A stretch of 29,437 bases of DNA from Octopus sinensis (taxonomy: Eukaryota): positions 1-29,437 of the forward strand of contig NW_021834102.1 in NCBI RefSeq assembly GCF_006345805.1, in the 5' to 3' direction. Numbering within the stretch: the stretch's first letter is position 1; the number at the start of each line of letters is the position of its first letter. A program made the position numbers and the translations under genes. The notes below the pieces were generated by a model, which saw nothing but the letters and a program-made list of their open reading frames with translations, was not told the origin of the DNA and ran no database searches. This document shows positions 1 to 11,284 of the stretch, piece after piece.

Positions 1-27
1 TGTTCTTATAATATACATGCATATTAG

Positions 28-378
28 TTAATTTTCCTGTTGAATCCCTCTGTACGAGGCATCAGGAAAGAGACTTATTGTAGAGATAATAAAAACAATC
101 AAAAACAAAATAAACAGGATACGATCGATGACCATCGCCAACTGCTGCCATTCGGAAAGGATTTCTTGGCGAGCATCCAGGATGCTATCTCGCTGTGCCA
201 AGGATTGCATGTGTTTGTTGATTTCGTCCATATTTCCGCCGGATGTCTGTGGAGGCTTTTCCTCATTTACTCCAACGACGACGTCTTTTCCGCGCATGCT
301 CATTGCCTCTTGCTCGTCAGTCGGTTGGTAAGTATCGTCTCCAAGACAAACCAACTTACGTAATCCTTTCAGGAATAT
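28..378 (-). CDS. nAChR-like gene 1, exon 8 (MX end, short intracellular loop, MA helix, M4, stop)
   Basis: Acceptor ctctcgctctAG in phase 0, reading IFLKGLRKLVCL... EWxxLAMVIDR motif followed by hydrophobic M4 and TAA at 28-30. 351 nt. Confidence 0.95.
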   Translation of the reverse strand: MFLKGLRKLVCLGDDTYQPTDEQEAMSMRGKDVVVGVNEEKPPQTSGGNMDEINKHMQSLAQRDSILDARQEILSEWQQLAMVIDRILFILFLIVFIISTISLFPDASYRGIQQEN

Positions 379-729
379 CTAGAGCGAGAGATTGAGAGGA
401 TGTGAGCTTAAGAGAAAGGGAGGTAGAGAGAGGAAGATAAGGAAAGAGAAAATAGAAATAGAGGAAGAAATTGTAATATAGTATTAAATATAGATATAAA
501 TAGAGAGAGAGGAACAATAAGTTACTGAAACATTTCCACAATGATTTTGCACAAAACATAATGGAAACTAGAAAACAGGCATCCACTGTGCTTACATATA
601 CGTTGTCATACACACACACATACACACTAATATATATATACACACACATACATATGTGTATTTTTTTGTATGTGTGCGTGTGTTTGTGTGTGTAAGTATG
701 TATCTTGTAAAGAAACCGGTTTGTCTTAC

Positions 730-848
730 CGTTCGCAATATCTGCGGCATCTTCTTTCTTCTTGGTCCTCTGTTGTAAATGTTCAGGATGAATATTGACA
801 GAATCACAGACAAAGCAACCAAGAACAACGTGAGCACGTGGTACGTCA
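730..848 (-). CDS. nAChR-like gene 1, exon 7 (M3 and start of MX: TYHVLTLFLVALSVILSIFILNIYNRGPRRKKMPQILRT)
   Basis: Acceptor tatttttttcAG and donor ACG|GTAAGA. 119 nt, phase 1 to 0. LNIxxRxP...MP motif. Confidence 0.94.
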
Positions 849-976
849 CTGAAAAAAATACAGGAAGTCTGTATTACACAAACACACACAAATCTGTTTT
901 ATATAGCACATGTAATCCCTACTAAATGCGTTGAGTTCCAGTCCCTTTTGCTTGTTCATTCGCTCATATATATATT

Positions 977-1010
<34 letters not shown>

Positions 1011-1392
1011 ATATATATATGATATATAGTTCTTCGCGTCGTATTTTCATTTATTTTTCCCTCTTCCTTTCTTGACCCAGTTTCTCTCCCCTACTGTTTC
1101 CTATCGGCGCATGCGAGCTCAGATTATTCTGCGTTTCCCATCAGCTGCAGCCAATTTCTCATATGTAGCAGATGTGAAACAGCTGTTTTTCTTGAAATTT
1201 CCTTCCAGTTATCTTTAGCGTGAAGAAACAAATCTGTCCGAAACGTTCGGTAATCCCCTCCCAACAGTGTTTACATTGTATTGATTCTGTCACTTTTACA
1301 TATATACACAGCGCACGCTTACGCGCGTGTGTGTGTGTGTGCATACATATTCTTATACATATATACATTCACACACACACACACACACACAC

Positions 1393-1445
<53 letters not shown>

Positions 1446-1461
1446 TATATGTAAGTATGTT

Positions 1462-1890
1462 CTTTTATTCTTTTACTTCTTTCAGTCATTTGACTGCAGC
1501 CATACTGGAGCGCCACCTTTGGTCGAACAATTCGACCCCAGGTGTTATTTTTTGTAAGCCTAGTACATATTATATCGGCTTTTTTGCCGAACCTCTAAGT
1601 TATGGGGATGAAAATGCATCAACATCCGTTGTCAAGCGATGCTGGTTGTGTGGGGTGGTGGTGGTGGTGGTGGTGGTGGGACAAACATAAACACAAAGCA
1701 CACAGATATATACATACATATACATACGACGGGATTCTTTCTGTTTCTCTCCACCAAATCCACTCACACGACTTTGGTCGGTTCGAGGTTATAGTAGAAG
1801 ACACTTGCCTAAGGTGCCACGCAGTAGGACTGAACCCCGAATCATGTGGTTGGATAGCAAGACTCTTACCACATAGCCACGCGTGCGCCT
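1462..1890 (-). mobile_element. SINE family C (tRNA-like head, TTGGGCAAGTGTCTTC core, TAAAAGAA tail)
   Basis: Homologous copies in both orientations at about 9398-9782, 17331-17507, 18430-18665, 21160-21470, 21803-22208 and 27042-27310. GGTTCAGTCC B-box-like motif. Confidence 0.85.
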
Positions 1891-3174
1891 CCATAATTCA
1901 CAGACACAATATATATATATATATATATATAATATATATATTATATATATATATATATCTATATATATATATAATATATATATATATATAATATATATAT
2001 ATAAGAAAGTTGGTTTGTGAAAGCACGTGGTTGAATATATAGAAAATAGTAAAAAGTAAAAAAATTACAGAAGGCTTAAAGGTTAAAAATATATATATAT
2101 TTGCGTCAATATGTCTGAAGAATATTAAAAATTTTTTTTCTTACAATGACATAGTTTAGAAGAAAGAAAAAAAAATATATATATATGCATATATATATAT
2201 ATATATTATATATATATATATATATAGGTATATGTGCATATTTCGTATTTATATATACGTGTGTGTGCGTGTGTATGTGTGTATGTATATATATTTCGTC
2301 CGTTGGCTTGTATCGGACGAATGACAGACGAGTGCTTATCGCTGTACAAGATACGGTTTTTATTGAAACTGTACGCACGCACACACACGTACACATACCC
2401 ACACACGCTGACACACAGAGACACAACATACAAACATTCCCTTATAACAAGAAAGCCAAGCGAAATTCCATCCCGACCAAAATATGATCCTGTTACATTC
2501 ACAGTAAATGTACAGACCATAATACCACAAGCATAAATCGCTGTGAACTACTTCCTAAATTGCTGACTGTTCTTTATTTTATGGCCAATGTGTCAGTCCG
2601 CTTTTAGTCTCTTTAGTGGGTGGTCGCAATCCTTCCACAACAAAAACACAACGCAAAATAAGCCCGTGTATGTGCGCATGCCTATACAAATGCACATACA
2701 TGTATACCAGCCCTAAGTGCAAACAACAATACACCGCTCATATCTTATGGACCACACACAAATACATACGCACAAACACACACGCACAAATATTCCCACA
2801 AGACAAGAAAGCAAAGCCAAATTCCATCCCACTGATATGCTTCCCACGAAAAATATGGTCTTGTTGCATCCACAGTAAATATACACTCAAACATACCACA
2901 ACACATAAATAACAGATGATTATTCATTGTAATACAACACGCGAACAGCATTCCATCACAAAAGCATAATTCAGTGTAAGCATGTGTATCTGCAAGAAAT
3001 AAAACCGAAAAGCATACAGCTGAATAAAGACACAGGCGCGTTAAAACTGTGAATACACTATCAATACCGAGTTGTTATAGTTCTCGCCTGAAGATCTCAT
3101 TGGCATGAAACTCGAATTGTGAAAAAAATTCTCAATTTTAGTGTCAATAAAAAAAAAAACCAGCATCGCCACCA

Positions 3175-3352
3175 TCAACTACCACCATCATCATCGTCAT
3201 TGTAATCGTCCTCATCGACAGCACTAGCAGCGCAACCACCACCAACAAAGAATAACATCATCACCATCATCACCATCATCATCATCATCATCATCACCAC
3301 CACCACCATCATCACCACCACCATCATCATCATCATCACCACCACCACCATT

Positions 3353-3386
<34 letters not shown>

Positions 3387-3459
3387 CCACCACCACCATC
3401 ATCACCACCACCATCATCATCATCATCACCACCACCACCACCATTATCATCATCATCAT

Positions 3460-3524
<65 letters not shown>

Positions 3525-3592
3525 TCACCACCACCACCACCATCATCACCACCACAAACATCATCATCATCATCATCACCACCACCACCACC

Positions 3593-3638
<46 letters not shown>

Positions 3639-3650
3639 CCATTATTATCA
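3175..3650. repeat. Compound (CAT)n/(CAC)n trinucleotide microsatellite
   Basis: Directly visible. It is the source of the poly-M/V part of ORF 3175..3771. Confidence 0.97.
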
Positions 3651-3698
3651 CCCTATCACTATCACCAATATGTTCATCATTATCACGATTATACTTAC

Positions 3699-3785
3699 AA
3701 ATAACCGGGGTGGTCGAATAGCCTTTCGGTAGGCTGTTGTTGATTACGTTAATCTGCATGACACATACCACTATGAGTGCGATTC
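3699..3785 (-). CDS. nAChR-like gene 1, exon 6 (M2 and M2-M3 loop: IALIVVCVMQINVINNSLPKGYSTTPVI)
   Basis: Acceptor tttatttcctAG and donor T|GTAAGT. 87 nt, phase 1 to 1. The P-x6-P spacing of the M2-M3 loop is conserved, and this is the only candidate found that bridges exons 5 and 7 in frame. Confidence 0.9.
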
Positions 3786-3896
3786 CTAGGAAATAAACAG
3801 TGAGAGAGTAAGAGAAAAATAGTGGAATAATTGAAGAAGGACGTAGAAACGGAGAGAGAGTTTGTGTGTGTGTGTGTGTGTGATAGGGACAGAAAT

Positions 3897-4280
3897 GGAA
3901 GCACTCCGTCGGTTACGACGACGAGGGTTCCGGTGGATCCGAATCAACGGAACAGCCTGCTCGTGAAATTAACGTGTAAGTGGCTGAGCACTCCACAGAC
4001 ACGTGCATCCTTAACGTAGTTCTCAGGGATATTCAGCGTGACACAGAAAGTGACAAGGCCGGCCCTTTGAAATACAAGTACAACAGAAACAGGAAGTAAG
4101 AGTGAGAGAAAGTTGTGGCGAAAGAGTACAGCAGGGATCACCACCATCCCTGCCGGAGCCTCGTGGAGCTTTTAGGTGTTTTCGCTCAATAAACACTCAT
4201 AACGCCCGGTCTGGGAATCGAAACCGCGATCCTATGACCGCGAGTCCGCTGCCCTAACCACTGGGCCATTGCGCCTCCAC
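3897..4280 (-). mobile_element. SINE family A, full length, tRNA-derived head
   Basis: Minus strand starts GTGGAGGCGCAATGGCCCAGTGGTTAG (A box) ... GGTTTCGATTCCC (B box). Flanked by the direct repeat GGGACAGAAAT (3886-3896 and 4282-4292). Second copy at 24961-25341. Confidence 0.92.
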
Positions 4281-4559
4281 GGGGACAGAAATAGTGGATG
4301 GAAGAGAAACATAGAATGATTAAATCAGTGTATTTACAGAGGCAGATAGATAGGTGAATGCATGTCTTTACGAATAAGAAGTACTCTATACATAAGTTAG
4401 AGCTGGATTAAAGTACTGGGAGACGAATCCTCTTGGATGTTTAGTCTGAAGTTCACGTAATTGATTATTGAAATTATTCACTTCTGAGCAACGTGAAATT
4501 CAGAGAAAAGATTGAAGAGAATTTTCGATTTCAATTCTTCCTTGATTCCACCATTCGTT

Positions 4560-4900
4560 TCCTTGTTATCACAAACCGTTTTAATTAAATCTCCTTTCCA
4601 AAGTCATGGAAGCTTTCAGCTCACCCTTTTTCGATCGCTTGCATACAACTCTCTGCATCTACACGGGTTCACATGTATTCTGTGAACCTTGTCTGACCCA
4701 GAACGTGTTCTTTCAGTGTTCTGCGATCAATTCTTTCACTCCTCTCTGTTCTCCTATCATATCGTTTCGAATATGTTCTTTCCACGGCTCTTTGCGTCGT
4801 AACCAACAAATGTTTTTTCCTCTTCGTAGAAGTCCACGTCTCACTTGCGTATAAGAGCGCAGGCAGGACGGTGCTTCTGAAAGTCATAGTCACCAGTAAT
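4560..4900 (-). mobile_element. Degenerate RTE-type LINE reverse transcriptase 3' fragment
   Basis: Translation FRSTVLPALLYASETW...LxTTQRAVER matches the VLPxLLYxxETW motif of RTE-like RTs. Frameshifted. Confidence 0.75.
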
Positions 4901-4944
4901 GGAATCTTATTTAATTGTTTTTAATACGATATATATATATATAT

Positions 4945-6050
4945 AAATATATCGCCATCAGCTGTCCGTCGTAGGGTGATGTTGACTGTCCTGATCAGTT
5001 ATCGTTTCTGGCAGGCTCGCATGGGAACTACAAGGCCTGCTCTTCATTTTCTGCAGCAGTGACATCTGCTGAAGGTGAAGCTACTTGACGCAATGGACAA
5101 ATGACACCTTTTGTATTCTCTCTGTGGTCTATTTTCAATGACTGCAAATACGAGCTCAGGCGACCAGTGTCCTTCATTGCTTCACAGGGCCTTGTCCTTC
5201 CGGGTGCCTGGGGAGGTGCTGGAGTTTTTCATATGTCTCTTCAACGTTCTCTGTATTGCAAACTCCGTCCGTGACACATTTCGGAGTAGAAAACTGCCCT
5301 TGGGAGAATGCCGACTTCATTTCTCTTAATACGTCCCTCCCAATGCAGCTGCGATGAGGTCATTAGGGCCTCCGCACTAACTGTGCAAGCGCAGAACCGA
5401 ACCTCCTCATCTTGAATGCGATCCCTCTGTCTGGCATACATGATGGGGTACAAATGGTGAAAGTGGACACGAGTTAGAGTTTTGATATGCCTGCGGGAGA
5501 GAGCCATGCATTCCGTGGCGTAGGTGAGACGCCGGATCATTGCAGCACGCACACCCTTATCTTCGTGTTGCGGAAAATGTGATGTCAGCTGTGTAGACGC
5601 TTCTCAAGAGATCCAAATACCTTTGTGGCAGACTATTTGCTTCTCAAATTTCAAGTCAGATGAATTAGTACACGTCACAGCGCTGCCGAGACAGGTAAAG
5701 GCCTCGATGTACATTAGGGTTTCAGTGGATAGCGATCTCACTATTTATAAAGACATCTTGGTCAAGCACAATGTTTACGTTCCAAGTTGTAACAAACATT
5801 TTCATTTTCTTAGTAAAATCTTGCTGAGTGCGGTGATTCTTTACCCCCACCTTTCCTGGGGACGTTTCCTTCCAAGGCGGGTAGTTCTCCCTGAGAAGTG
5901 CTTCTCGGATGCTCATACCGCTGTTTCAGCCTGCTGGTGCGCAAGTTTCAACACTGACTACGCCCATCGAGACCTAGCTGCCTGTGTGCAAAGCTCTTGC
6001 TAGCAGCTTCCAGTTACTAACACGAACTACCGTTACATTCAACCCAAGGT
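4945..6050 (-). mobile_element. Internally deleted or degenerate RTE-type LINE
   Basis: The 5' part encodes the endonuclease start (FVTTWNV). It jumps directly to post-RT motifs (LTYATECMALSRRHIKTL...QLHWEGRIKR), followed by a degenerate C-terminal region. Many stops. Confidence 0.7.
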
Positions 6051-6361
6051 CATAGGGCTTCTCTTCTCTCTGCACGAAGAGTATGGTCCGTGAGTAAGGC
6101 AGTTGGCATCGTTATCCCACCACCAGACTGCCTCTCTGGGCCTCTTCTCAAGATACAAAGTCGTATAGATATATATAAATATACAGAACATTCTTGACAT
6201 AACAATATGTAACCTCTGAAGATAATGTGATAATACAGCGAAAGGGTTTGCGTGATAGTAGGCATATATTTAGATGTGTATGTATCTCAATGTATGTATA
6301 TAGGGTAGCAAAGAAAATATTTTAAATTAATATATATGTAAAAATGTTCATTGTTACATAC

Positions 6362-6542
6362 CTAGGGTTATACGTTCTTTAGATTCTGAAGGTAACAAGA
6401 ACATAAAAGGAATCAGTGCCGCGATTATTATAGCTGGGAAAATCAGTACTTGACAAGAGTACACGAAGTGCCGGCGCAAAGTGAATGTCATGATGTAAGT
6501 CATATAACTCTCCGGGCAGCAGGCGTACTGTCTATTCTCTAT
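6362..6542 (-). CDS. nAChR-like gene 1, exon 5 (loop C YACCPESY, pre-M1 LRR, M1, start of M2 ESKERITLG)
   Basis: Acceptor tttgacacAG and donor G|GTATGT. 181 nt, phase 0 to 1. Vicinal cysteines and the conserved M1 proline are present. Confidence 0.95.
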
Positions 6543-6604
6543 CTGTGTCAAAGAACATAAAGAAGCATTTAAGCGTTGACGACATAAGAGAACGACATTG
6601 AAAA

Positions 6605-7000
6605 TTTTTTCTACTCTAGGCACAAGGCTCGAAATTTTGGGTGAGGGGACCAGTCGATTAGATCGACCCCAGTACGTAACTGGTACTTAATTTATCGACT
6701 CCGAAAGGATGAAAGGCAAAGTCGACCTCAGCGGAATTTGAACTCAATACGTAACAGCAGACGAAATACTTATTTCTTTACTACCCACAAGGGGCTAAAC
6801 ACAGAGAGGACAAACAACGACAGACAAACGGATTAAGTTGATTACATCGACTCCAGTGCGTAACTGGTACTTAATTTATTGACCCCGAAAGGATGAAAGG
6901 CAAAGTCGACCTCGACGGACTTTGAGCTCAGAACGTAACGGCAAACGAAATACCGCTTAGCATTTCGCCTGGCATGCTAACGATTCTGCCAGCTCGCCAC
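6605..7000 (-). mobile_element. SINE family B with two core units
   Basis: Head GGCGAGCTGGCAGAATCGTTAGCA on the minus strand. The core GAGGTCGACTTTGCCTTTCATCCTTTCGG is present twice. Confidence 0.88.
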
Positions 7001-7545
7001 CTTGAGAACGACATTGAAAATATCATAGCAATGGAAATGAAAGTTATTGTCATGGCTCACATACAAAGGTGTAACGAGTCACAGTTATTGTACTCATTCC
7101 ACACTCGAAACCTTTCGATTTGGCTGCTACTCTTCAATTTCTTCAATTTTTTTTTCAATCGGTATCATATTTGCTTTGTTGATGTAGTGTTGTATGGTAA
7201 TCAGTGACAGGAAATTCATTTTCGCCATATATAAAGAGTCTACAGCTTTTGAAATTTCTAGAGCCACAGACATATATCTGCCTGATTCCATAGTAACAAG
7301 CGAAGCTCTTACGGACCTGCCTACCCACAGGAAAAAATTTCCGCTTATTAAATGCTTAAAATGCTTAAAAGGTATGAGGTAGTCGGGAGATGTGCTAAAA
7401 TTAATAGCGAAATAGCCCTAAATTATGCAGGAGTCTTTTTCGTTTGTTTTTGCATACTCGTATAGATTTCCGCGTGTAGAATACATATATGGAAAAATTT
7501 TTGGAAAAATTCCAACAAGCAGAATAATAATAATAATAATAATAA

Positions 7546-8075
7546 TCTCTCATGGCTTCTGATCTTAACTGATCGAAAGTGTTATCATGAACATTGTTTT
7601 GTCTTGGTTTAAAGATGGGCTACAGCAAATATTTTGCTCAATACCACAGATTTGCTTGTCAGTTGTTTGACCTTAACCAGTTGAGCATGTCCCTTAGCGG
7701 TTGACAATATGTGCATCTCTGATCACGAGCAGAAGTAGTGGGGGAGCACCATAGCCATGTGTTGTGAGGAATTCTTTGGGGTTTGGATAATTCACCTTTG
7801 GAAACATGGGTGTTTCGTTCAACATCCTTAAATAACCTTTATTCAGGGACCGTTTGAGCGGGATGGGCTACTCAACCTGAAGAAAATTCTAACTGGGCCC
7901 CACCTGCAAGGTCATGTGCTGTTTATCTTGATATGAGATCACTATGTTGCGCACATATGGTTGTGATGCATGTGCCTGGTGTACCCTTATCAGACGGGTA
8001 GTCATGATGGGTATACTGGGCTTCGTATATTTTACCCCAGTGTCACTTTGATGGCAAGCACTGCTCTCTCACTCA
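7546..8075 (+). mobile_element. ~530-bp non-autonomous element embedded in (TAA)n
   Basis: Closely similar copy at about 12301-12796. Both copies are flanked on both sides by (TAA)n. No credible ORF. Orientation is tentative. Confidence 0.8.
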
Positions 8076-8227
8076 ATAATAATATAATAATAATGATAAT
8101 AATAATAATAATAATAATGATAATAATAATATAATAATATATAATATAATAATAATAATAATAATGATAATAATAATAATAATATAATAATAATAAATAA
8201 TATAATAATATGATGATGATGATGATT

Positions 8228-8284
<57 letters not shown>

Positions 8285-8367
8285 TGATGATGATGTTGAT
8301 AATGATATGATAATAATAATAATAATAATAATAATTATAATAATGATGATGATGATGATGATGATGT

Positions 8368-8430
<63 letters not shown>

Positions 8431-8478
8431 TGATGATGTTGATAATGATAATAATAATAACAACAACAACAACAATAA
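8076..8478. repeat. (TAA)n/(TGA)n microsatellite abutting the exon 4 donor
   Basis: Directly visible. Confidence 0.97.
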
Positions 8479-8495
8479 TCGATGTCTTTCCTTAC

Positions 8496-8757
8496 TTCGG
8501 ACTCTGTGCTGACGATTTCCCACTTCTCGTTAGGTACGTAATCTTCCGAGATAACAGAACGAGGAGATGAGGATATATTGACTTCGAGACTGTTGTACGC
8601 CCAGGACCCAAATACCAGTTTACATGTCTGGGTGTCAAAAGGGAATTTGGACATAGCAAGCGCACACACAGCTGACTCGGTGATTCTTGGAACGTACAGC
8701 ACTTCCCCAGAGCTAAACACGACTGCGTCATGAGGCGGAGGGTTTGTCAATCCTTGA
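8496..8757 (-). CDS. nAChR-like gene 1, exon 4 (Cys-loop CALAMSKFPFDTQTC and loop B FGSWAY)
   Basis: Acceptor ttttttttcAG and donor GAA|GTAAGG. 262 nt, phase 2 to 0. C-x13-C signature with FPFD. Lies inside ORF 8073..8789. Confidence 0.96.
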
Positions 8758-8812
8758 CTGAAAAAAAAGGAAATAAAACGAATAAACAATAAACGTAGAT
8801 ATATATTTCAAA

Positions 8813-9201
8813 CTAGCAGTATCGCCCGGCGTTGCTCGGGTTTGTAAGGGAAATAACTATAAAGCATTTTTAGAGAGTTATAGCCCCAAAATAGCAAAAA
8901 AATGCATTAAAAATGGAAATGATGGTAAATTTTTTTTAAAATCGTTGACTCATCGTAGACATTTTTAGAGAGTTACTTCCCTTATATTTAAAAAAATATG
9001 CATTAAAATGGAAAAAAATGATGGTAAATTATTTTTAAATCGTAGACTCATCGTAGACGCGCGCTAATACCCAGAAGGGCTCGATATGAATCACGACTAT
9101 AAGATACCCGGTTTTGGTTAAACTGCACCGCAAAATGTGGGAGTAGTTAGGAATCTAAATCAGAGTAGACGGACACACAACCTTACTTTTATATATAAAG
9201 A
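8813..9201 (-). mobile_element. Non-autonomous Helitron (~389 bp)
   Basis: Minus strand begins TCTTTATATATAAAAG and ends with a CCCG-AGCAACGC-CGGG hairpin plus CGATACTG-CTAG. Inserted between host A and T with no TSD. Carries an internal ~100-bp duplication. Confidence 0.85.
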
Positions 9202-9203
9202 TG

Positions 9204-9332
9204 ACCCGATCAACGGAACATCCTACTCGTGAAAGTAACGTACAAGTGGCTGAGCATTCCACAGACACGTGTACCCTTAACGTAGTTCTCGGGGAGATTC
9301 AGCGTGACACAACGAGTGACAAGGCTGGCCCT
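9204..9332 (-). mobile_element. SINE family A 3' fragment
   Basis: Aligns by eye to 3935-4068. Confidence 0.8.
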
Positions 9333-9397
9333 TACCTAACTTTAATATATACTGCTCTATAACATAGAGTCTGCTTTTTTTTTATTTTTGGATTTAT

Positions 9398-9782
9398 GTG
9401 TGGTAAGTAGCTTGCTTACCAACCACAGGGTTCCGGGTTCAGTCTCCCTGCGTAGCACCGTGGGCAAGTGTCTTCTACTATAGCCTCGGGGCGACCAAAG
9501 ACTTGTGAGTGGATTTGGTAAATGGAAACGGAAAGAAGCCCGTCATATATATATGTGTGTGCATGTTTGTGTGTCTGTTTGTCCCTCCCCTACCAACATC
9601 GTTTGACAACCGATGCTGGTGTGTTTACGTCCCCGTAGCTTAGCGGTTCGGCAGAAGTAACCGTTAAAATAAGTACTAGGCTTACAAAGTCCTGGAGTCG
9701 ATTTGCTTGACTAAAGGCGGTGCTCCAGCGTAGCCACAGCCAAATGACTGAAACAAGTTAAAGAATAACAGAATAAAAGAAT
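9398..9782 (+). mobile_element. SINE family C
   Basis: Reverse complement of 1462-1890. Confidence 0.88.
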
Positions 9783-9796
9783 ACATATGTGTATAT

Positions 9797-9916
9797 ATCA
9801 CGTGATCACGTGACCGACCAGACCATCAGATGTTGTTACACACCGCTGGTCACAATGCGTTCGCATTGTTTTAGCCTTCGAGTGACGCCACCCCGCTGGC
9901 TAAGCGAGCAGGCCAA
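9797..9916 (-). mobile_element. 3' tail fragment of SINE family A' (alternative tail)
   Basis: Same sequence at about 18708-18830, where it is attached to a family A head, and at about 26090-26220. Confidence 0.7.
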
Positions 9917-9938
9917 TGTGTATGTATATGTATATATA

Positions 9939-9983
<45 letters not shown>

Positions 9984-10064
9984 ATATAATAGAAATATTA
10001 AAATAACTAAGTCTCTCTTAGTGTGTATGGATATGTAAGTGTATATATGTGAATTCTGACTTAC

Positions 10065-10219
10065 TGATTGAAAAGAACTATATCAGGTGACCAAAAGTTT
10101 CGGACAGGAAGACGGATTATCTGTATTTTGTCATAATCACTGGCGTTCCAACGTAACGTGACATCTTTCCACTTTTGTGAGAAATAAGCGTCGATTGTAA
10201 ACTTCCTTTCTTGTTCGTT
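10065..10219 (-). CDS. nAChR-like gene 1, exon 3 (loop D and loop A: NEQERKFTIDAYFSQKWKDVTLRWNASDY...FWSPDIVLFN)
   Basis: Acceptor ccttcaaatAG and donor CA|GTAAGT. 155 nt, phase 0 to 2. WxDxxLxW and WxPDIVLxN motifs. Not in the ORF track in this frame. Confidence 0.93.
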
Positions 10220-10363
10220 CTATTTGAAGGAAAAACGAAGAAGAAAACGAGAATGCGAAGAAGGAAATGATTTCGGAGAAAGTGGGGGGGGGATGGAAAA
10301 CAAAAAAAAATGAAGACATAAAGAAGGGAAAAAGAAGTACTGGTACAGGTGGAAACAGTAGTG

Positions 10364-10412
<49 letters not shown>

Positions 10413-10863
10413 GAGGAGGAGGAGGAGGAGGAGGAGGAGGGGGGGACAGGTGTAGATTTAGAGAAGATGAGGTACAGTCGTAGTGTGGGGAGGACGAGAA
10501 AGAAGAAATATTAAAAGAAAAGAAAGGAAAAATAGAAGAAAAAGAAAAGAAAAAAGGCGAAAGAAAGAAAGGCATAAATAAATAAATAAAGAAAGAAGAA
10601 GAAGAACAACAACAACAACAGCAACAACAACAAAAACAACAACAACAACAACAAATCACTGCCAATTAAATTATAAAACATATCAGACACTCGGTATTTG
10701 TATTGAGTCCTTTTTCAGTTAATGGTTGTTGTTTAAAGCAAATTATATCATTTCTCGTAACTAAATAGAAAAAGAGGCATACAGTAAAGTAAGAAGGAAA
10801 GGAAAGGAGAGAGAGAGAGAGGGAAAGAGAAAGTGGTTGAAATGTGTGTGCATTTGTGGTTAC

Positions 10864-11015
10864 CAGTTCAATATTGTGGATCATGAATTCTAGCTCGACA
10901 TGGACTGCTTCGTCCGTCGCAGGTATGAGAAGAGGGTTGGATGCTGCAAGAAGGTCCTTAATCAGACGTCCCCGTGATGCAAGCAACGCTTCATTCGGTT
11001 TTCCATTCGAGGAAA
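10864..11015 (-). CDS. nAChR-like gene 1, exon 2 (N-terminal helix and beta1: SSNGKPNEALLASRGRLIKDLL...VHVELEFMIHNIEL)
   Basis: Acceptor ttctattttaacAG and donor CTG|GTAACC. 152 nt, phase 1 to 0. RLxxDLL helix motif typical of Cys-loop receptors. Confidence 0.9.
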
Positions 11016-11082
11016 CTGTTAAAATAGAAAGAAATAAGAATTTTAAAATACCAGTTTAAGAAATACAGACAAAATGCGCAGG

Positions 11083-11157
<75 letters not shown>

Positions 11158-11284
11158 ACACATTCACACACACACACATGCACATACATATGTTCGATGA
11201 CGAATAGCCAACGAGAGAAAAAAAAAGCCTTACTCCGCATGGAATTGCATGGTCAGTTTCACCGTAGAAACTAATAACTTGAAA

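Noticed and set aside
40-363. Plus-strand ORFs over the terminal exons (also 23959-24290)
   Set aside because: These are antisense shadows of the real minus-strand coding exons.
2446-2910. Degenerate ~100-bp direct repeat (2446-2540 and 2802-2910) whose minus strand reads DGISLGFLVI, like an alternative M2 exon
   Set aside because: The ITLG part is already encoded by exon 5, no phase-compatible splice sites were found, and the second copy does not keep the motif. Treated as an old local duplication.
4190-4280. tRNA gene-like A/B boxes (also 25250-25341 and 19085-19170)
   Set aside because: These are SINE heads continuing into repeat bodies, with TSDs in the family A copies, and no complete cloverleaf was found.
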